NCBI GenBank assembly: GCA_951804945.1 | Contig: OX638155.1 | Coordinates: forward strand, 65,782,001-65,846,000 | Origin: Podarcis cretensis | Taxonomy: Eukaryota | DNA: 64,000 nucleotides | Direction of reading: 5' to 3' | In this document: piece after piece, positions 35,695 to 49,614 of the stretch | How positions within the stretch are numbered: position 1 is the stretch's first letter | How the letters are laid out: each line of letters begins with the position of its first letter | Made by a program: the position numbers and the translations under genes | The notes under the pieces: model-generated | What the model saw: only the letters and a program-made list of their open reading frames with translations | Told to the model about the DNA's origin: nothing | Database searches by the model: none

Positions 35695-38600
35695 AGAAGC
35701 GAAAGGAAGTGCTACCTCAATCAAATATTCAAGTTGTTTCTTTTAGATGGTGTTTTGTTTTCCCCACAAAACTTTATCGCCCTTGTTGTTTGGGAATTAA
35801 TACAAATGCTTTCAGAGCCACAATATATTAAGGTTTTACTGAGCACTCCAAGAAGTTGTTCATCTCTTTTGAGAAACACAAAATTCAAATTGCCTTCATT
35901 AGCAGAGCAATATAGTGTGGAAAATGAGCCTGGTACTTTTCAAGGGGGATGGCAATTTGCATTTTTGCTAAATAATCAAGCTGTTGCATTCTCCCACCCT
36001 CTTGTAGGACAGAGGAACATGCGAAGAACAATCACTCAACCAGCTAATCCTCTTGACACTCTGGAGTTCAATTTCGTTTTTAAACAAACTGTCACTGAAG
36101 TTCTCGGCTGTTTTATAAGATATTTTAAGTGACAGCAGACCATACAAGGACTGTACTCACAGAAACCACCACTTATGCCAGGAGCTGGGACTGGGGTGTC
36201 TAACTCTGAAGAATACCTTATACCTTTAATCTAGTTATATATTTTGCTCCACTGTGACTTTTGGATGTCTAAGATAGTGTCTTCACAAAGGGACCTTGCC
36301 TGGGGATTTTCGTACCTCAACTCAAAAGGTTAAATGTATTTTTAATTATTTTAATTTTAATTATTTTAATTATTTAATTATTTAAATTAGTTGTTTTGAG
36401 AATTTGTATAAGCTTAATTCTGTTGAATTGTGATTTCCCACCCCCATGTAGTTTCAGTGACATTTCTTTAGTGAAAAATTTAACTAATAACTAAAAAGTT
36501 ACTGTGGCCATTACTGATTTAGTACCCGATGGAAGTAAACTGGAGTATGACTGGAGAGGCTAGGAGGAGAAGGAAGGAAAAGCCCTGTTTTGCTAACAGA
36601 ACTCTGCGTACAGCTCATATGTTTGGGCCTAATTCTGTGAAACTCCCTCCCATTTGAGATCAGATGGAACCCCTACCTGTTGAACCTTTGGTACTTGGTA
36701 AAGACCTTTTCCAGAAGGCATTTTAAGTGACTTTTCAGATTTAACTTCACTGTACACAGCTAAGGGAGCAATTCAATTTAGCACTAAGGAGATCACTCCC
36801 TTAGCATAAGGCATAAGCATTTCTGCTTGCCTGATGGAACAATCTCTTTCCTCCCTCCTTTGTGTTTCATTCAGGAGTTTCTCTCAACACTCTCACTGAG
36901 CATTTTTCCTTTTTTTGGGGGGGGAGACCCTGTTGCACTTGGAAAAGTCTTGCATGGGCTTCTGCTAGCAGGTCTAGTTAGTTGGAATATAAATTGTTGA
37001 TATATACATTGTTGAAGGGGAGTACAAGCAGTGATAGTTGATAGGTGTGCTGTGCCAGGTTACATTTCCTCTTCGTATAACTTTCTTTAGCAGATTGCAC
37101 AAATTCCTGCTGGTGTGAATGCAATTCAAAAGCACTATAATATACTGTATTGATTAATATCCAGCAATCTGAATTTGTTACTGAATTATTATAGTGTTCT
37201 GCACTACTGGCCACACACACACATATGTCATCATCATCTTGTTTGATAACCTGCAGAGTAGATTATTTCCTCTTGTCTAAGAAACACGTTCTGAATATGC
37301 TTCCAGGCATCACGTTGTAGAAAAGGGACATTGGGGCAACACTCTGTGATGTGATGTTGACCCAATAATGCCTCAAGTGACATTTATGCCTGATGCTGAG
37401 AACTGCTGCACCAGGAAATAACTACTTCAGAAGAGGAGAGTGCTGATAATTTGTGATGTTGAGCTAGCACAACGACGATGCCACCCTCAGTGGTGCAGAC
37501 ACTGTAACTATACCCCACCAATCACAAAGGTTTAGAATTTGGCAATTAGAGCCTTACATCTACAAACATTTCACATATCCTAGTATCATGACTTATTGCT
37601 AGACAACCCAATATTATTAAACTGTGGTAACAGTGGTTTGGCAAGATGAAGCAGCACAGCTGTAGCCACTCTAATATCTCCCCCTTGAAAGTGCAACTTT
37701 TCCTCGCATCAGTATCTCTTCAAAAGCCTAGAGATACAGTAAACAGTGCCTCCCTCAGCGCAGCTGCAGTAATCAGCCATGCCCCTTGCACCAGCTTGAG
37801 AACCCAGAATTTTGATCCAAGATGCTTTGGCTTTAACACCAACTCCTACACTGCAAGACCCACAACAAAGCGAAAAAGAGTCAATTCCAAAACCATTTGT
37901 AAATTTGATCTTTAGTGAGCAGATCAAAGGAAATGCATTGCAGTGGGTATCTGACGTGTTTCTCTGGTTAGGTCTTTAATTAAAATTCTATCCCATAGCA
38001 TTTTCTTCGGCTGCTGCTTTGCTATTGAGGTTCCTGAATTACCAAATGCTTCCTCTGATGCCGAGGTGAGATTTAAAGCTCTAAGTACACAGTAAACCAT
38101 GAGCGGCAGAGTTCATTTTGCTGTCAAGGGGATAGGATTTCATCTGACATAAGTGAGAATCCTATAGGTTTCTGTGATAGTTGAGATCAATAAACTGCTG
38201 TCTTATTGAGCCTGCCACGCTGAAAAAAAAAATGCACCATTTAGATGTGTTACTATGCTGGACTCATCCTAGGTAGTATTAGATTAAATCCTTGTTACGG
38301 ATATTTAAATGCAAACATTGTTCAATAAAAGCCCGAGTTGGGGGGGGGGAGGTGGATCCCTGAAAAAGAAAAGAAAAAAAGTGTCCACAGTTACCCCAAA
38401 CCAATCAATAAACCTCAATATACATTTTGTATGCTCATAAAGCCTTAATTACCAATTCTAGCCTTTTCTCCTTGAAGGACATTTTAATTTGAGTTCAGGA
38501 TATAGTTCCTTCCTTTTACAGACATCACAGATAACTATTTTGCCTTAAAAACCATATTGTTTGAACCGGACATCATGCAGCAAGCAAATCCATTTAATGT

Positions 38601-39409
38601 GCAGTGCAATCCTAAAATGAGACTACTCAGAAGTAAGAGCCACTGGGTTCAATGGGATTTGTTCCCAGGTAAGTGACTGTAGAATTGCAGCCTAAATCAT
38701 CTAATTAACCACCAGCTTTAATTTGCTTACCTATCTTAATCAAAGTATTCTTATCTTTTTGAACAATACTTGCAGTGTGAATTTCCAATAGCCCCATCCT
38801 CATATGTTATTCTGTGCAAACCTATATTATCATGTGGTTCCAGTTTCCGATTATCTCTTTTGATGGTAGCAAAAGAGTACTGAAAAACTCTTGGCGATTA
38901 AAAAATATATATTTATAATAAGGAGCAAATAAACACAGATGTGTTTGCTCTGTGTTACGAACCAGTATGATTCACCTCACCTGCAACCTCCAGCCGAATT
39001 TATACATAGCGAAATAGTGAGTGGATGCATTTCTCAATTTCCTACAGCTAATTAGATATTTATTTTTGGTGTCCATACAGATGCAGCAGGCAAGATTCCA
39101 GCTACTGAATCCCTATATAGGACTCTGCAAATCCCTATAAATACTGGGGCACGGGGGTGGGGATAAAAGAGCATTGTATGTCAAGAATGGGTAAAGAAGA
39201 TGGGCAGGGGTCCCTTCTTGGTTGTGCAAACATTTGGCAGACCAAGAGTTAATACAGTTAATGCCAGAGAGTAATTGAGTTTGGATAGCTATGAAATCAG
39301 GTGCTATTCCTTCACCGTGTGTAGAATGGGGTGTCCCAGATGGTAATGCTAGGGTTTTCAAAAAGTGAAAATCCAGACAATAAAGTTTGACAAAGTTTTA
39401 AAAAGTTGC

Positions 39410-39546
39410 ACCTGGTTTTCAGCATCGTGATATATCACCAGCTAAACATCATGATATACCGATATATCACGATGTGTGAAATAAGGATGGAGCTATGTAG
39501 AGGCACTGGATGGCTTCACGATTTTCCCCATTGTGATTTTTGCATA

Positions 39547-39612
<66 letters not shown>

Positions 39613-39717
39613 ACCATGATTCACAATATATTGCCAGGTCAAAAATTATGAAACCGATATCACGATATGGACTTCAAATCAGCATTGGACATTATATCAA
39701 TATATCCCCCAGCCCTA
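39410..39717. mobile_element. hAT-like non-autonomous element fragment containing a (CT)n(CA)n microsatellite
   Basis: Repeated cgatat/atatc motifs and terminus atatatccccagcccta. Microsatellite at 39550-39613. Confidence 0.55.
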
Positions 39718-39719
39718 GT

Positions 39720-40320
39720 AGCCAATGTAATTCTGGGCTGCATCAATAGGAGTATTGCATCTAGATCAAGGGAAGTAATAGTGCCACTGTATTCTGCTCT
39801 GGTCAGACCTCACCTGGAGTACTGTGTCCAGTTCTGGGCACCACAGTTCAAAAAGGACACTGACAAACTGGAACGTGTCCAGAGGAGGGCAACCAAAATG
39901 GTCAAAGGCCTGGAAACGATGCCTTATGAAGAACGGCTAAGGGAGCTGGGCATGTTTAGCCTGGAGAAGAGGAGGTTAAGGTATGGTATGATAGCCATGT
40001 TCAAATATATAGAAGGATGTCACATAGAGGAGGGAGAAAGGTTGTTTTCTGCTGCTCCAGAGAAGCGGACACGGAGCAATGGTTCCAAACTACAAGAAAA
40101 AAGATTCCACCTAAACATTAGGAAGAACTTCCTGACAGTAAGAGCTGTTCGACAGTGGAATTCGCTGCCAAGGTGTGTGGTGGAGTCTCCTTCTTTGGAG
40201 GTCTTTAAGCAGAGGATTGACAACCATATGTCAGGAGTGCTCTGATGGTGTTTCCTGCTTGGCAGGGGGTTGGACTCGATGGCCCTTGTGGTCTCTTCCA
40301 ACTCTATGATTCTATGATTC
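39720..40320 (+). mobile_element. CR1 LINE, 5'-truncated, ORF2 C-terminus still open
   Basis: [46 protein letters not shown]...[13 protein letters not shown]. (ATTCTATG)n tail. Candidate TSD CTAGTA. Confidence 0.95.
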
Positions 40321-40674
40321 TAGTATCTGTTCACGCACCAAAAGTTACAATATATGCTATTAGCTTTAAAAATAATAATTCCCAGACATAACATTAACCA
40401 GGAGATAAATCTTTACATTGTTTTATAGCATACAGTATGTTCAAAATAAAGCCAAGCTCATCGTTTCTGTGAGATAGGAAATTGTGCGACAGGAGATTCC
40501 TAGCGTTCCTTTTGCAAAGTTAAATCCAATTGCCAGCAACATTACCGACACTGAAATGCAGCCATGGTGGCTGCTGGGTGCCACATTTAGGTATGCAATC
40601 AACCTTCGGTTCTGTATGTACATAATGTACTAGAGATAGAAATGGAGGCTGTTTAAGTATAACTGGGTTCTTAC

Positions 40675-40979
40675 CATCATGATTAGGGTTTCCCAAAGTC
40701 CATGGCTCATCTGAGTCAAAATGAGTATCTCCCCCAATTCCTGGCCCGGGAAAGTAAGCATGAGCCAAAAATCCTCCCTCCCCATCAAAGGGAGAGCTGT
40801 CTCCATGAAAACCTGATGCAAAAATGATTGTAATATCCACGTCCCTCTTGCCATTCTCTAGTTCAATGTAAGGAACTTCCTCAAACGTCAGAGGGGTTAC
40901 ATTCTGCCACACGTCAAAGGCACGGCGAATAGCTTTACGGGTTTCAGCATCTCCTACTTTCGGAGTGACGTTCTTTATG
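40675..40979 (-). CDS. MMP16: MMP16 exon 4 (catalytic domain including the MT-loop), 305 bp
   Basis: tttgcag|C ATA AAG... = (S)[101 protein letters not shown]+G|gtaaga. Lies within ORF 40520..41017. Confidence 0.98.
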
Positions 40980-41921
40980 CTGCAAACAAACAAAGGTAAT
41001 GTCCTTATTAGTAACACTGCTCACTTCTACTTCAAAAGCAATGAATTGTTTTGACACAGTCCGTACTGGGGGAGGGAAATCAGTCTTAAGGGGAAACAGT
41101 CAGCATTAATAACACTTAACATTAGCATAGTTCAGAGCACTACACATACATATCCTAGTTAAATATACTCACATATATTACCTAGCTATATCCATACATA
41201 AGGTTAAGTCAGGATTATTACCTCCAATATTGCAGATGAGCTGATTGAGGGTGTATAAGGCTTGCCTAAGGCCATCTTTTGAGTTCATGGCAGAGGCAAA
41301 AGTTTGAACCAGGGGCCTCCTTAGTCATGCTCAGTCTCTTAGTCACTCTGTTACACAGTGCTTAAGCATTATTAGTAAGTGACTGTTACATCAGATCTTA
41401 GTTATCTGATCAGCAGAAGCAAAATTTCTCTCTTCCCCGACTGGTTAAAAATAAACATCTCTCACAAAAACTTATTTGACAGGCAAGAACTGTCTGTTTT
41501 CATATTAGATAATAATTACAATTATTTAGTCAAATGATGGCACTTCATTCTGATCAAACAGATGCAAATTATATCTTATTATTGATTATAATTAACAACA
41601 GGATAACAGGCTAGGCACCCACCCAAGAAGCACTACACAAAGCATGATAATTAACAGGTACTTTTTAAGGACAGTGAAGCTATTGACTCAATTCTTGGTA
41701 ACTTAAGTATACAACTATCTCTAATAAATACAACTGTCAACACCAGTTGTGACTGTAGAACTGCTCCCAATGCCCCACTGGCAAAAGAAACATCCAAACA
41801 GAGGAAGAACTCAATGCTGCAGTTTCTACCCATGCTAACCCTCAGGAAAAGGTATATAATAGTCCAACTGGAGAAACTGCAACAGGATCCAGGACTGGAA
41901 GGAGGCCAGAGTCTGATTTTT

Positions 41922-41965
<44 letters not shown>
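41922..41965. repeat. (GA)n microsatellite
   Basis: Direct reading. Confidence 0.97.
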
Positions 41966-41967
<2 letters not shown>

Positions 41968-44900
41968 CTTTAGACCCTTCCGGAAAGAATGCTTCCAAGC
42001 AAAATGTGCAGGTAATTTTCTAAGCAATTTCTATGAAATATGCCAGCCTACTTGCTCCTGCCTTCCAATCTTTTTAGCCAAAGACTGAAGTCAGAGATGT
42101 GATTGACAAGTGGGTTGTTTGGACACCAGGCTATAAGAATGCCTGAGGTGTGAAGGAGCCGTTGTTAGTCTTCAAGTTACCACAAGTCAAACTAATTTTG
42201 TGGTCCTTTATTTCATGGGCTTCATTTTGGGAGAAAGGGGGCCCCAACCACCTTAATCTGGCCTTGCGTAGTGCATGGAGAGGAGCTATCACATTACATT
42301 GTATTTCCTGTTGCATGGTGGGTGAGTGGGTGTGACAACAAGTCTCAAATTACTCAGTCAAACATGAAGGAGAGATGTTCCTGGGACTCACATGCCACTG
42401 GGCTAACATGGGAACACAGCCAGAGAGTCACACAGAAGGCATCTATATCTTTCACCCTAACATGCTCCCTTGGTTTCTTTTCTTTTTTTTCTCAAATTAA
42501 TATTTTTAGAATAACATTTTCCCCACCCCCCAAGTATGTAACAAATATATATGGAACAAAGGCTTCAGAATGAATATTCCAAAAATATTTCAAAAGGAAA
42601 CATTCCAGAGCGCAAACATGTTATGTAACAGTTATATAAATTTCCTCCAAATGTGATGCTTTGTCAGAGCAGAAAATTTTCATGAATAAAATCTTGGATG
42701 ATTCATTGATGCAACATTATAAATCATGCCAGATTATAAGGCACTGCATATCTCCAAAAAGTGCATATAGAGCTCTCATGTTTCCATTTTTTAAAATAAA
42801 ATAACCCTGTTATGTTTTACCTAGCCCATTCATAGTCACTGAAAGATCAGGGATTAATTAAGGCTATTAGAACATAAAATGGCAAGTGGGGAGTTGATAC
42901 CCCTGAAAGCACATAAAATTCAGTGCACAGAAGCAAAATCAAGTTGGGAGAGCTGAGTATGTCTGCAAGTGATGAAGTAACGCAGTCCTCCTCAGTAATC
43001 CAAACAAACAGTAATTCAGATGTCTGGATTATCTGAAGACTTTGGATGCCCTCCAAGGCTGGCTGCTGCTGATAGAGGAATGGCTGTCGCTGGCCCTAGC
43101 TAAGAACAACAATGCCAAGGGGTTAAGTATTCTAGCCTACAAGCAGGCTGCATGAGAGTGAGTGCTGGCTATTTGGCCCTTTCTCACTGCTCCCATTCAG
43201 TTATAAGCAACCAGTCACAAGCAGCCAAAGCGGCCATGCCACTTTAGTCCTACATTGCCACCATCAGAAGTTATTTGTTTTATATAATTGTAATTCCTTT
43301 CTAGTTGCATTTTGACCCAAATTTATTTATTTGTAAGAATTTCTAGACTGCTTGATACACACACAAACCCCCTAAGCTTTATACAAAAGTAATGTAAAAA
43401 CAATAAAACTGTATAATAAAAAAGCAGAAACAGGTAAATACAGGAATTCAGAAATAACTGGTCCAGTCTTGAGCCCCCAAAATGTCAAAAATTGAGCCCC
43501 TGCAATGTCTTGCAATGAAGTGGAGGCTCCAGGTGGAAATGCAACGACCAACTTTATGCAACTCTTCTTAAAAATTTTACACATTTCCAGAGAGTGCCAT
43601 GTTACTCAAAAGATTGTAGTTTAATCCTGAGTACTTGGTTAAGAACAAAACAAGTGCAGGTAGAGATTGTTGTTTAAAGGAATTACAGCAAATAGACCAG
43701 ACTCAAATGCGGCCACAACATTTTTGTTTTGTTTTGTTTTATGATTTCATTTCATTTCATTTTAACATCTTGCTGCAGAAAGGAATACAGGCATCTCCAT
43801 CTTCTAGCACTGACCTCTGCATTTTTGGCGTACACTACAAAATTTTGAAGGAGGGCAGCAAGGAGAATCTGTCTCCAGAATAAATGGGAGGTTTGAAGCA
43901 AGAATCAAGTTGAGTTTCCACATACATAGTGGATGAAGGTGGTGGGGGTGGGCCTGACATCCTTCTTCAAATCTTCAGTGGAACACCTGAGTGGGGTCGG
44001 AATTACAGCTTGGAATCAGTCACAACAAATACAATCTCAGCTCCACTCTGCTAAAGTGATCTGTTGCAAAACCCAATTGACTTTAATAAGGTCATGATTT
44101 CACGTACTGTTTTAGCATCAAGAGCAATCAGTAAATTACAGGCCTAATACTTGGTGGGGAAAGCACTTGTAGTATGTAAATATCATCAGTATGGTGGGAC
44201 AGCAGTTAACCACCAATGTCCATCTTCTGAAAGCAAAGATTTCCAGAAGACTTTGAGTTTGGTGACCCTTCTAGAATCAGATTCCTCGCCGTAAGGCAAT
44301 ATATATATATATAAATTCTGTCCTTGAGCAGAGGACGTTTTGCAGCCATAAACAGAAAAAAGTGACGTTTTGATACATGAACTCTAATAGTAATAACACA
44401 AGAGCACAATTTTAAGCATATACACAATTCCGTGTGATAGATGAGCCTGCCTTGTTGATGACAGATGCAGGGAAGGCTGAATTGAAGAAATACATAGTTT
44501 TGTGCCATTTTCAATAAACAGGTAAATTGTTAAGTAGTCCCTTTCTGTCAATTTTGCCTTTCCGTCTAAAATGCAGTTGTTCCCAGACATCCACAGTCAT
44601 ATATCTAACCTGTCAAAAAAGAAAAAAAAAAGCAGCAGCTTGTGACAACAAGCACTTTTCTCAATTTGGTAACTACTTTGAGCTTTTGGTCCTTTTGACA
44701 GTATTTTCAATGGTATGGGGAAGACTTCCTTCATGGCAGATCCCTTTCACTGCTGCACAATTTGTATAGACACCAAATAAGATGCCAGAAGGCTGTTCTC
44801 ATATATATAAAAATATAAACACAAACACACATACTACACACACACATATTTTGTGCGTGTGTGTGTTTATATAAGTATAAATGTATGTATCGGCCTTTAC

Positions 44901-45358
44901 TGCTTCAACTATGGGTCACAACAGAGAAGAAACAGTAAAATAAACTAGTGAATACAACAAAACAAAACATTCCTAAAAGCAGTAAAATCTTATTTATTAT
45001 ACTAGTGAGAAGGAAGAAAGCTGGGTTGAACTTTAGAAGCTACCAAGGTGAATTCCACCACTGCTAACAGAGTCAATCTATTCCAAGAAGCCCACAGAAA
45101 AATCAGTTTTCTGCAATTCAGACCAATTGGCTTCCCCGTCAAGAGAAAGATGAGTTTTGTAACAGTGTTTTTTGACTGACACCAAATTGTTCAGGATGGC
45201 ATTGACTGTGAAGAGCTCCAACAAGATCTATTTGAACAGGTTGGCTGGAAACTATGATCTAGTTATGACTGTACCATAAAGATTGATTGGAGTTGTGATC
45301 CAACAGGTGGCTGTGCAGTGGTCAGTCCAAAATGGAAATGCTTATTAGAAAAGGGGTT

Positions 45359-45401
45359 GAAGAAGAAGAAGAAGAAGAAGAAGAAGAAGAAGAAGAAGAA
45401 G
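45359..45401. repeat. (GAA)n microsatellite
   Basis: Direct reading. Confidence 0.97.
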
Positions 45402-45789
45402 GTAGCATCTTTGCCTTGAATCCAAAGATAAGTTAACTGAAATAAGTTCACAGAAGGAAAAGTTTCCCATTCTTGCCTCACTACAACAGTGCCTGCACCT
45501 CCCCTAGCAAGCACTTGTGCCCTCCTGAATAATGTGGGATAGGGCACAGAGGGCTGCTTAGGGACTGAATGGATATCTACCTGCTCTGAGGCAATTAGCC
45601 CATCCCAGCTGTCTCTCATGTGCCACCACACACTGCAGAGATCCCCCACCCACAAAAACCCACCTGGAGAGGTTTTTAAGGGAAGGGAATTTTTCCTTCT
45701 GGAAAGTTCTTTCAATTAAGTTAGCTTAGGAATCAACGAGTTATATCTATATCTGTTGGATTGTCACTGGATGCCACTGGTTGTCCCCC

Positions 45790-46570
45790 TAGTCGGTGAG
45801 GTTCATTTGATATCAACACAAAACTCCTGTAGGATGCCCTTCTGGTAGATTCAGCAGATGCCTATGGTCCTAATGTTTGTTTGCTGAAAGTCTTAGTCAC
45901 CTCTAGGGGTGAAGTCGAACTGCTGCATTAGTAGCACTCAAATGACCTTCCCAGGGCAATAGACTTGGCCATGTGCATGGAGGTCCTGGGCTACCCAGAT
46001 AACGACAACAACAACAACAACAACAACAACTTATTATTTATACCCCGCCCATCTGGCTGGGTTTCCCCAGCCACTCTGGGCGGCTTCCAACAAAAGATTA
46101 AAATACCATAGTCCTTCAGATATTAAAAGCTTCCCTCAACAGGGCTGCCTTCAGATGTCTTCTAAAAGTCTGGTAGTTGTTTTTTCCTTTGACATCTGGC
46201 GGGAGGGCGTTCCACAGGGCAGGCACCACTACTAAGAAGGCCCTCTGACTGGTTCCCTGTAACTTCGCTTCTCGCAGTGAGGGAACCGCCAGAAGGCCCT
46301 CGGCGCTGGACCTCACCCCCTCCCCTCAGCCTTACTGATGTGGTCCAAAGAAAAGCAGAGCAATGTGCTTGGCGCCAACTTGGCTGCAGCAGTTGCCAGA
46401 AGGAGGCATACAAGATGCCATCCAACCATCTTAGGGACTTCACTCCGGATTTGTGTAGGGTTTACTCCTTAGCTTTTTCTTCTCCTTAAGATATCCTGCA
46501 AGGCAGTGGAGGTTTTGGATCAGAGTTTTCCTTCTCAACTTGACGAGCCCCATCAGCCTTCTTCCCTCTT
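45790..46570 (-). mobile_element. Old RTE-like LINE 5'-region relic, split by the L2 insertion
   Basis: Flanks 45790-46000 and 46316-46570 resemble RTE-type 5' sequence (ggatcagagttttccttctc...gacgagcccc). Recognition is from memory only. Confidence 0.45.
46003..46314 (-). mobile_element. L2-clade LINE 3' fragment
   Basis: Minus-strand RSSAEGLLAVPSLREAKLQGT...FRRHLKAALLREAF. Same family as 31132-31606. Confidence 0.9.
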
Positions 46571-47513
46571 CACCACAAGCAGAAACTGCCTCCTTGACCA
46601 TTGGACCCACTATTAGTCTCATGTGCTCAATCCAATAGTTATTTTATTATGAACTAATTAAATTAAACCTCTGCATTTAGTGACAGTATGCCTCTGAATA
46701 ACAGTTAATAGGGCACCTACATGCCTTGTTTATGGGTTCCTTGGAAAGCTCTGACTGGCCACTCTGGGAAACAGGACCTGCGACTGAATGAAGCCTTGCC
46801 ATTGCCCAGCAGGGTCCTTATCTTCTTAACAGACCCCACCTTACAGGAGAAGCCTGCTTCACACTTTGAGAACTGCTACTGAATTCTCAACATAGTTCTT
46901 TGAATTATTGATCACACCCATTAAGAAAGCAATTTCGTACAAAGTAAACTCAAGATACAGGGGGAAATCTTGCTGCCTGGAATACACGACACAGAGAAGA
47001 AACAACTAAACACAATATAGGCAACGGAGTGAGGTGGAAACAAAAGATGGTCCAAGAGGGTGTGCAGTTAATCACATTCATTCATTATCTGGGGGGAAAG
47101 GGATAGCTAGTGAGTGAGTTTTCCAATTTTTCTGACTATACGTAACAGCTCAAGATGCAGACATCTAAAGCAGACAGCGAGCTCTGTAGCACTTAGTCTC
47201 AAAACAAGGTGACTGGCAATAGAATGGGAAATGAAATCCAATGTTGGTAACCGCATAGTGGGAAGAAACCCTAACTTGGCTGTAAATCACTCAGGGAATA
47301 TAAATCATCAGAATCAGTGTCCCTAAAAGGGAAGGGGGAAAGACTGCTAAAATAAGGGAGGAGAGGAAACATCTTATTTAAGATTATACCCTGATTTATT
47401 CTGGAAGCTCAATCTAATTCCACTTTGGCATAGACTTGAAGGCCCCCAAATCCAGAAAGCACTCCCCGCCCGCCATGACCTGGTGAGCATATTTAGATGA
47501 GTAGACCCAACAA

Positions 47514-47874
47514 GGGACGCGGGTGGCACTGTGGGTAAAACCTCAGCGCCAAGGACTTGCCGATCGCATGGTCGGCAGTTCGAATCCCAGTGGCAGGGTG
47601 CGCTCCCGTCGTTCGGTCCCAGCGCTTGCCAACCTAGCAGTTCGAAAGCACCCCCGGGTGCAAGTATATAAATAGGGACCGCTTACCAGCGGGAAGGTAA
47701 ACGGCATTCCGTGTGCTGCACTGGCTCGCCAGATGCAGCTTGTCATGCTGGCCACGTGACCCGGAAGTGTCTGTGGACAGCGCTGGCTCCCGGCCTATAG
47801 AGTGAGATGAGCGCACAACCCTAGAGTCTGTCAAGACTGGCCCATACGGGCAGGGGTACCTTTACCTTTACCTT
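47514..47874 (+). mobile_element. Sauria SINE, full length (distinct subfamily)
   Basis: Head gggacgcgggtggcactgtggg, B box gttcgaatcc, tail acctttacctttacc. TSD tagaccc. Confidence 0.92.
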
Positions 47875-48218
47875 AGACCCCACTTTTGTTCTTCCTGAGC
47901 AATTTCCCCAGAAAAGTTGCCAAGGCTGTTGAAAGATGTTCATAGAGGTTTCAAGGGAGGCAAGAGGTTAATTTGATAGTGAGAGCTTCAAAAGAACACT
48001 TTATATAATCACGGACCATTTGGACTCCAGAAAATCATTCATTGCTTCTGCAGCTCATGAGCATTTTCTCCCAAGACATGCAAATCAATATTTTCAAGCT
48101 GCATACCAACATCATTGTCTTTGACAAATCATATCTCAGTAATAGAGCTGCATTTATTTATTTATTTGCAATGCTAAAGCACTTACAAGGGAAAGGGTCA
48201 CGGCTCTGCTTTCATTAC

Positions 48219-48341
48219 CTGTAAGTGATATGTTTGTGTTGCCACTTCTGTCCTGTTAATGCGTATCGCTTTCGACGAATATTAAATCTGGAGTTGCCTC
48301 GTGTCTGATCAGGCACACCGCAACGAGGCTTCTTCATCCAG
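48219..48341 (-). CDS. MMP16: MMP16 exon 3 (cysteine switch and furin site), 123 bp
   Basis: tttaaag|C TGG ATG... = (D)WMKKPRCGVPDQTRGNSRFNIRRKRYALTGQKWQHKHITY+AG|gtaatg. Contains PRCGVPD and RRKR. Phase 2/2 fits exons 2 and 4. Confidence 0.97.
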
Positions 48342-49571
48342 CTTTAAACAAATAAGGAGACAAAGGAAGAGATCAATGGCACACAGTGGCAATAACTTCT
48401 TAATGCAGCTGACAACCACTAGCTCATTTCATTAATAAACAGCTATTCTCTCTCTCCACCCTTCCAAGATACGACTCCCACCCACCACCCACTTCCACAT
48501 CTATTCATCTATTTCCTGGCTGGCATTTCTAAATTGCACATCCCATTAGAATACCCATACAGGGAGACAGAAAGTGGCAAGCAAGCAGATTGGTAGGTGG
48601 GGTTGCTACCTGTTCATGATTTGCATGGATCCTTCGTATTCAGGAGCTCTGTGCAAATTAAGCAGGAAATCAACAATGTATGGTGCTTTGTGAACTGGGC
48701 TCTGATTATGGCTACCTTCAGTTTCTTTTATTTCAAAAAAAGTGCCTGGAGGGAGAAGGCAGCTCCTTGAGAGAGCAGAGAGCAACAGCAAGAATGATTT
48801 ATATGTAAAACCTGCTATTAATGGAAGCTGCGGAACCATGGAAGCTGGCTCTCCCCACCCCCAATCAGTCTAGTTTAGTGTGATCTGACTGGCAGGAGCT
48901 CTCATGGTTTCTGACAGGTCCTTTCCAGCCCTACCTGAAGATGCCCAGGATTGAACATGGGATTGAGCATGCAAAGCATGCATTGCACCACTGAGCTTCA
49001 TCTCTCTCTCTCTCTCTAACCCATATTATAGAAATATAATGCACATTGGAGGAATGAGTAAATGCCCCCTATCTCATTTGCTTATTGTACCACAGGATGG
49101 CTTTGCCGGACATTTCAATCTACCTGCCCTCTGGTTTAACTTGCTGAATTTCTAAAATAGCAAAAGCACCATTTTCTACACTGATCTCTCTCTCCCCACC
49201 CCCCCACCCCATGCATATCAGGGCATTGATTGAATCTGCACATGATGTGCACAGGATAAGCAGAGCTCTTGATACAATCCTTTTTGCACTGTGTTCTCAT
49301 GAGTCAATGCACTCATGTGCATCGGCAACATGCAGGGGGGTGGGAATGATGTAAATTACAGTAAATGTGCAGTGGAATGAACAAAAATCAAAAGATAGGA
49401 CACATGACAGGTAACTTTGACAATCAAGTCATTTGGAAACCCCATAACTGGAGAGAGATTCAGACAGGAGAATTTCATAAGCATTCCTAGTATATTGTGT
49501 TCCTTACTCTGAAAACTAAAATTGTTGTGTAAGATAATAACACATTACTATTACTATTATTATTATTATTA

Positions 49572-49614
49572 GGTCTGTGACTGGACCTAATGGTCAGGGG
49601 TCCTTTTACCTTTT
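49572..49614 (+). mobile_element. Sauria SINE 3' tail only
   Basis: gactggacctaatggtcaggggtccttttaccttt matches the tail of the 16.55 kb copy. Confidence 0.7.

Noticed and set aside
39667-40245. 192-aa ORF as a host gene
   Set aside because: It is the ORF2 C-terminus of a 5'-truncated CR1 with a chance upstream ATG.
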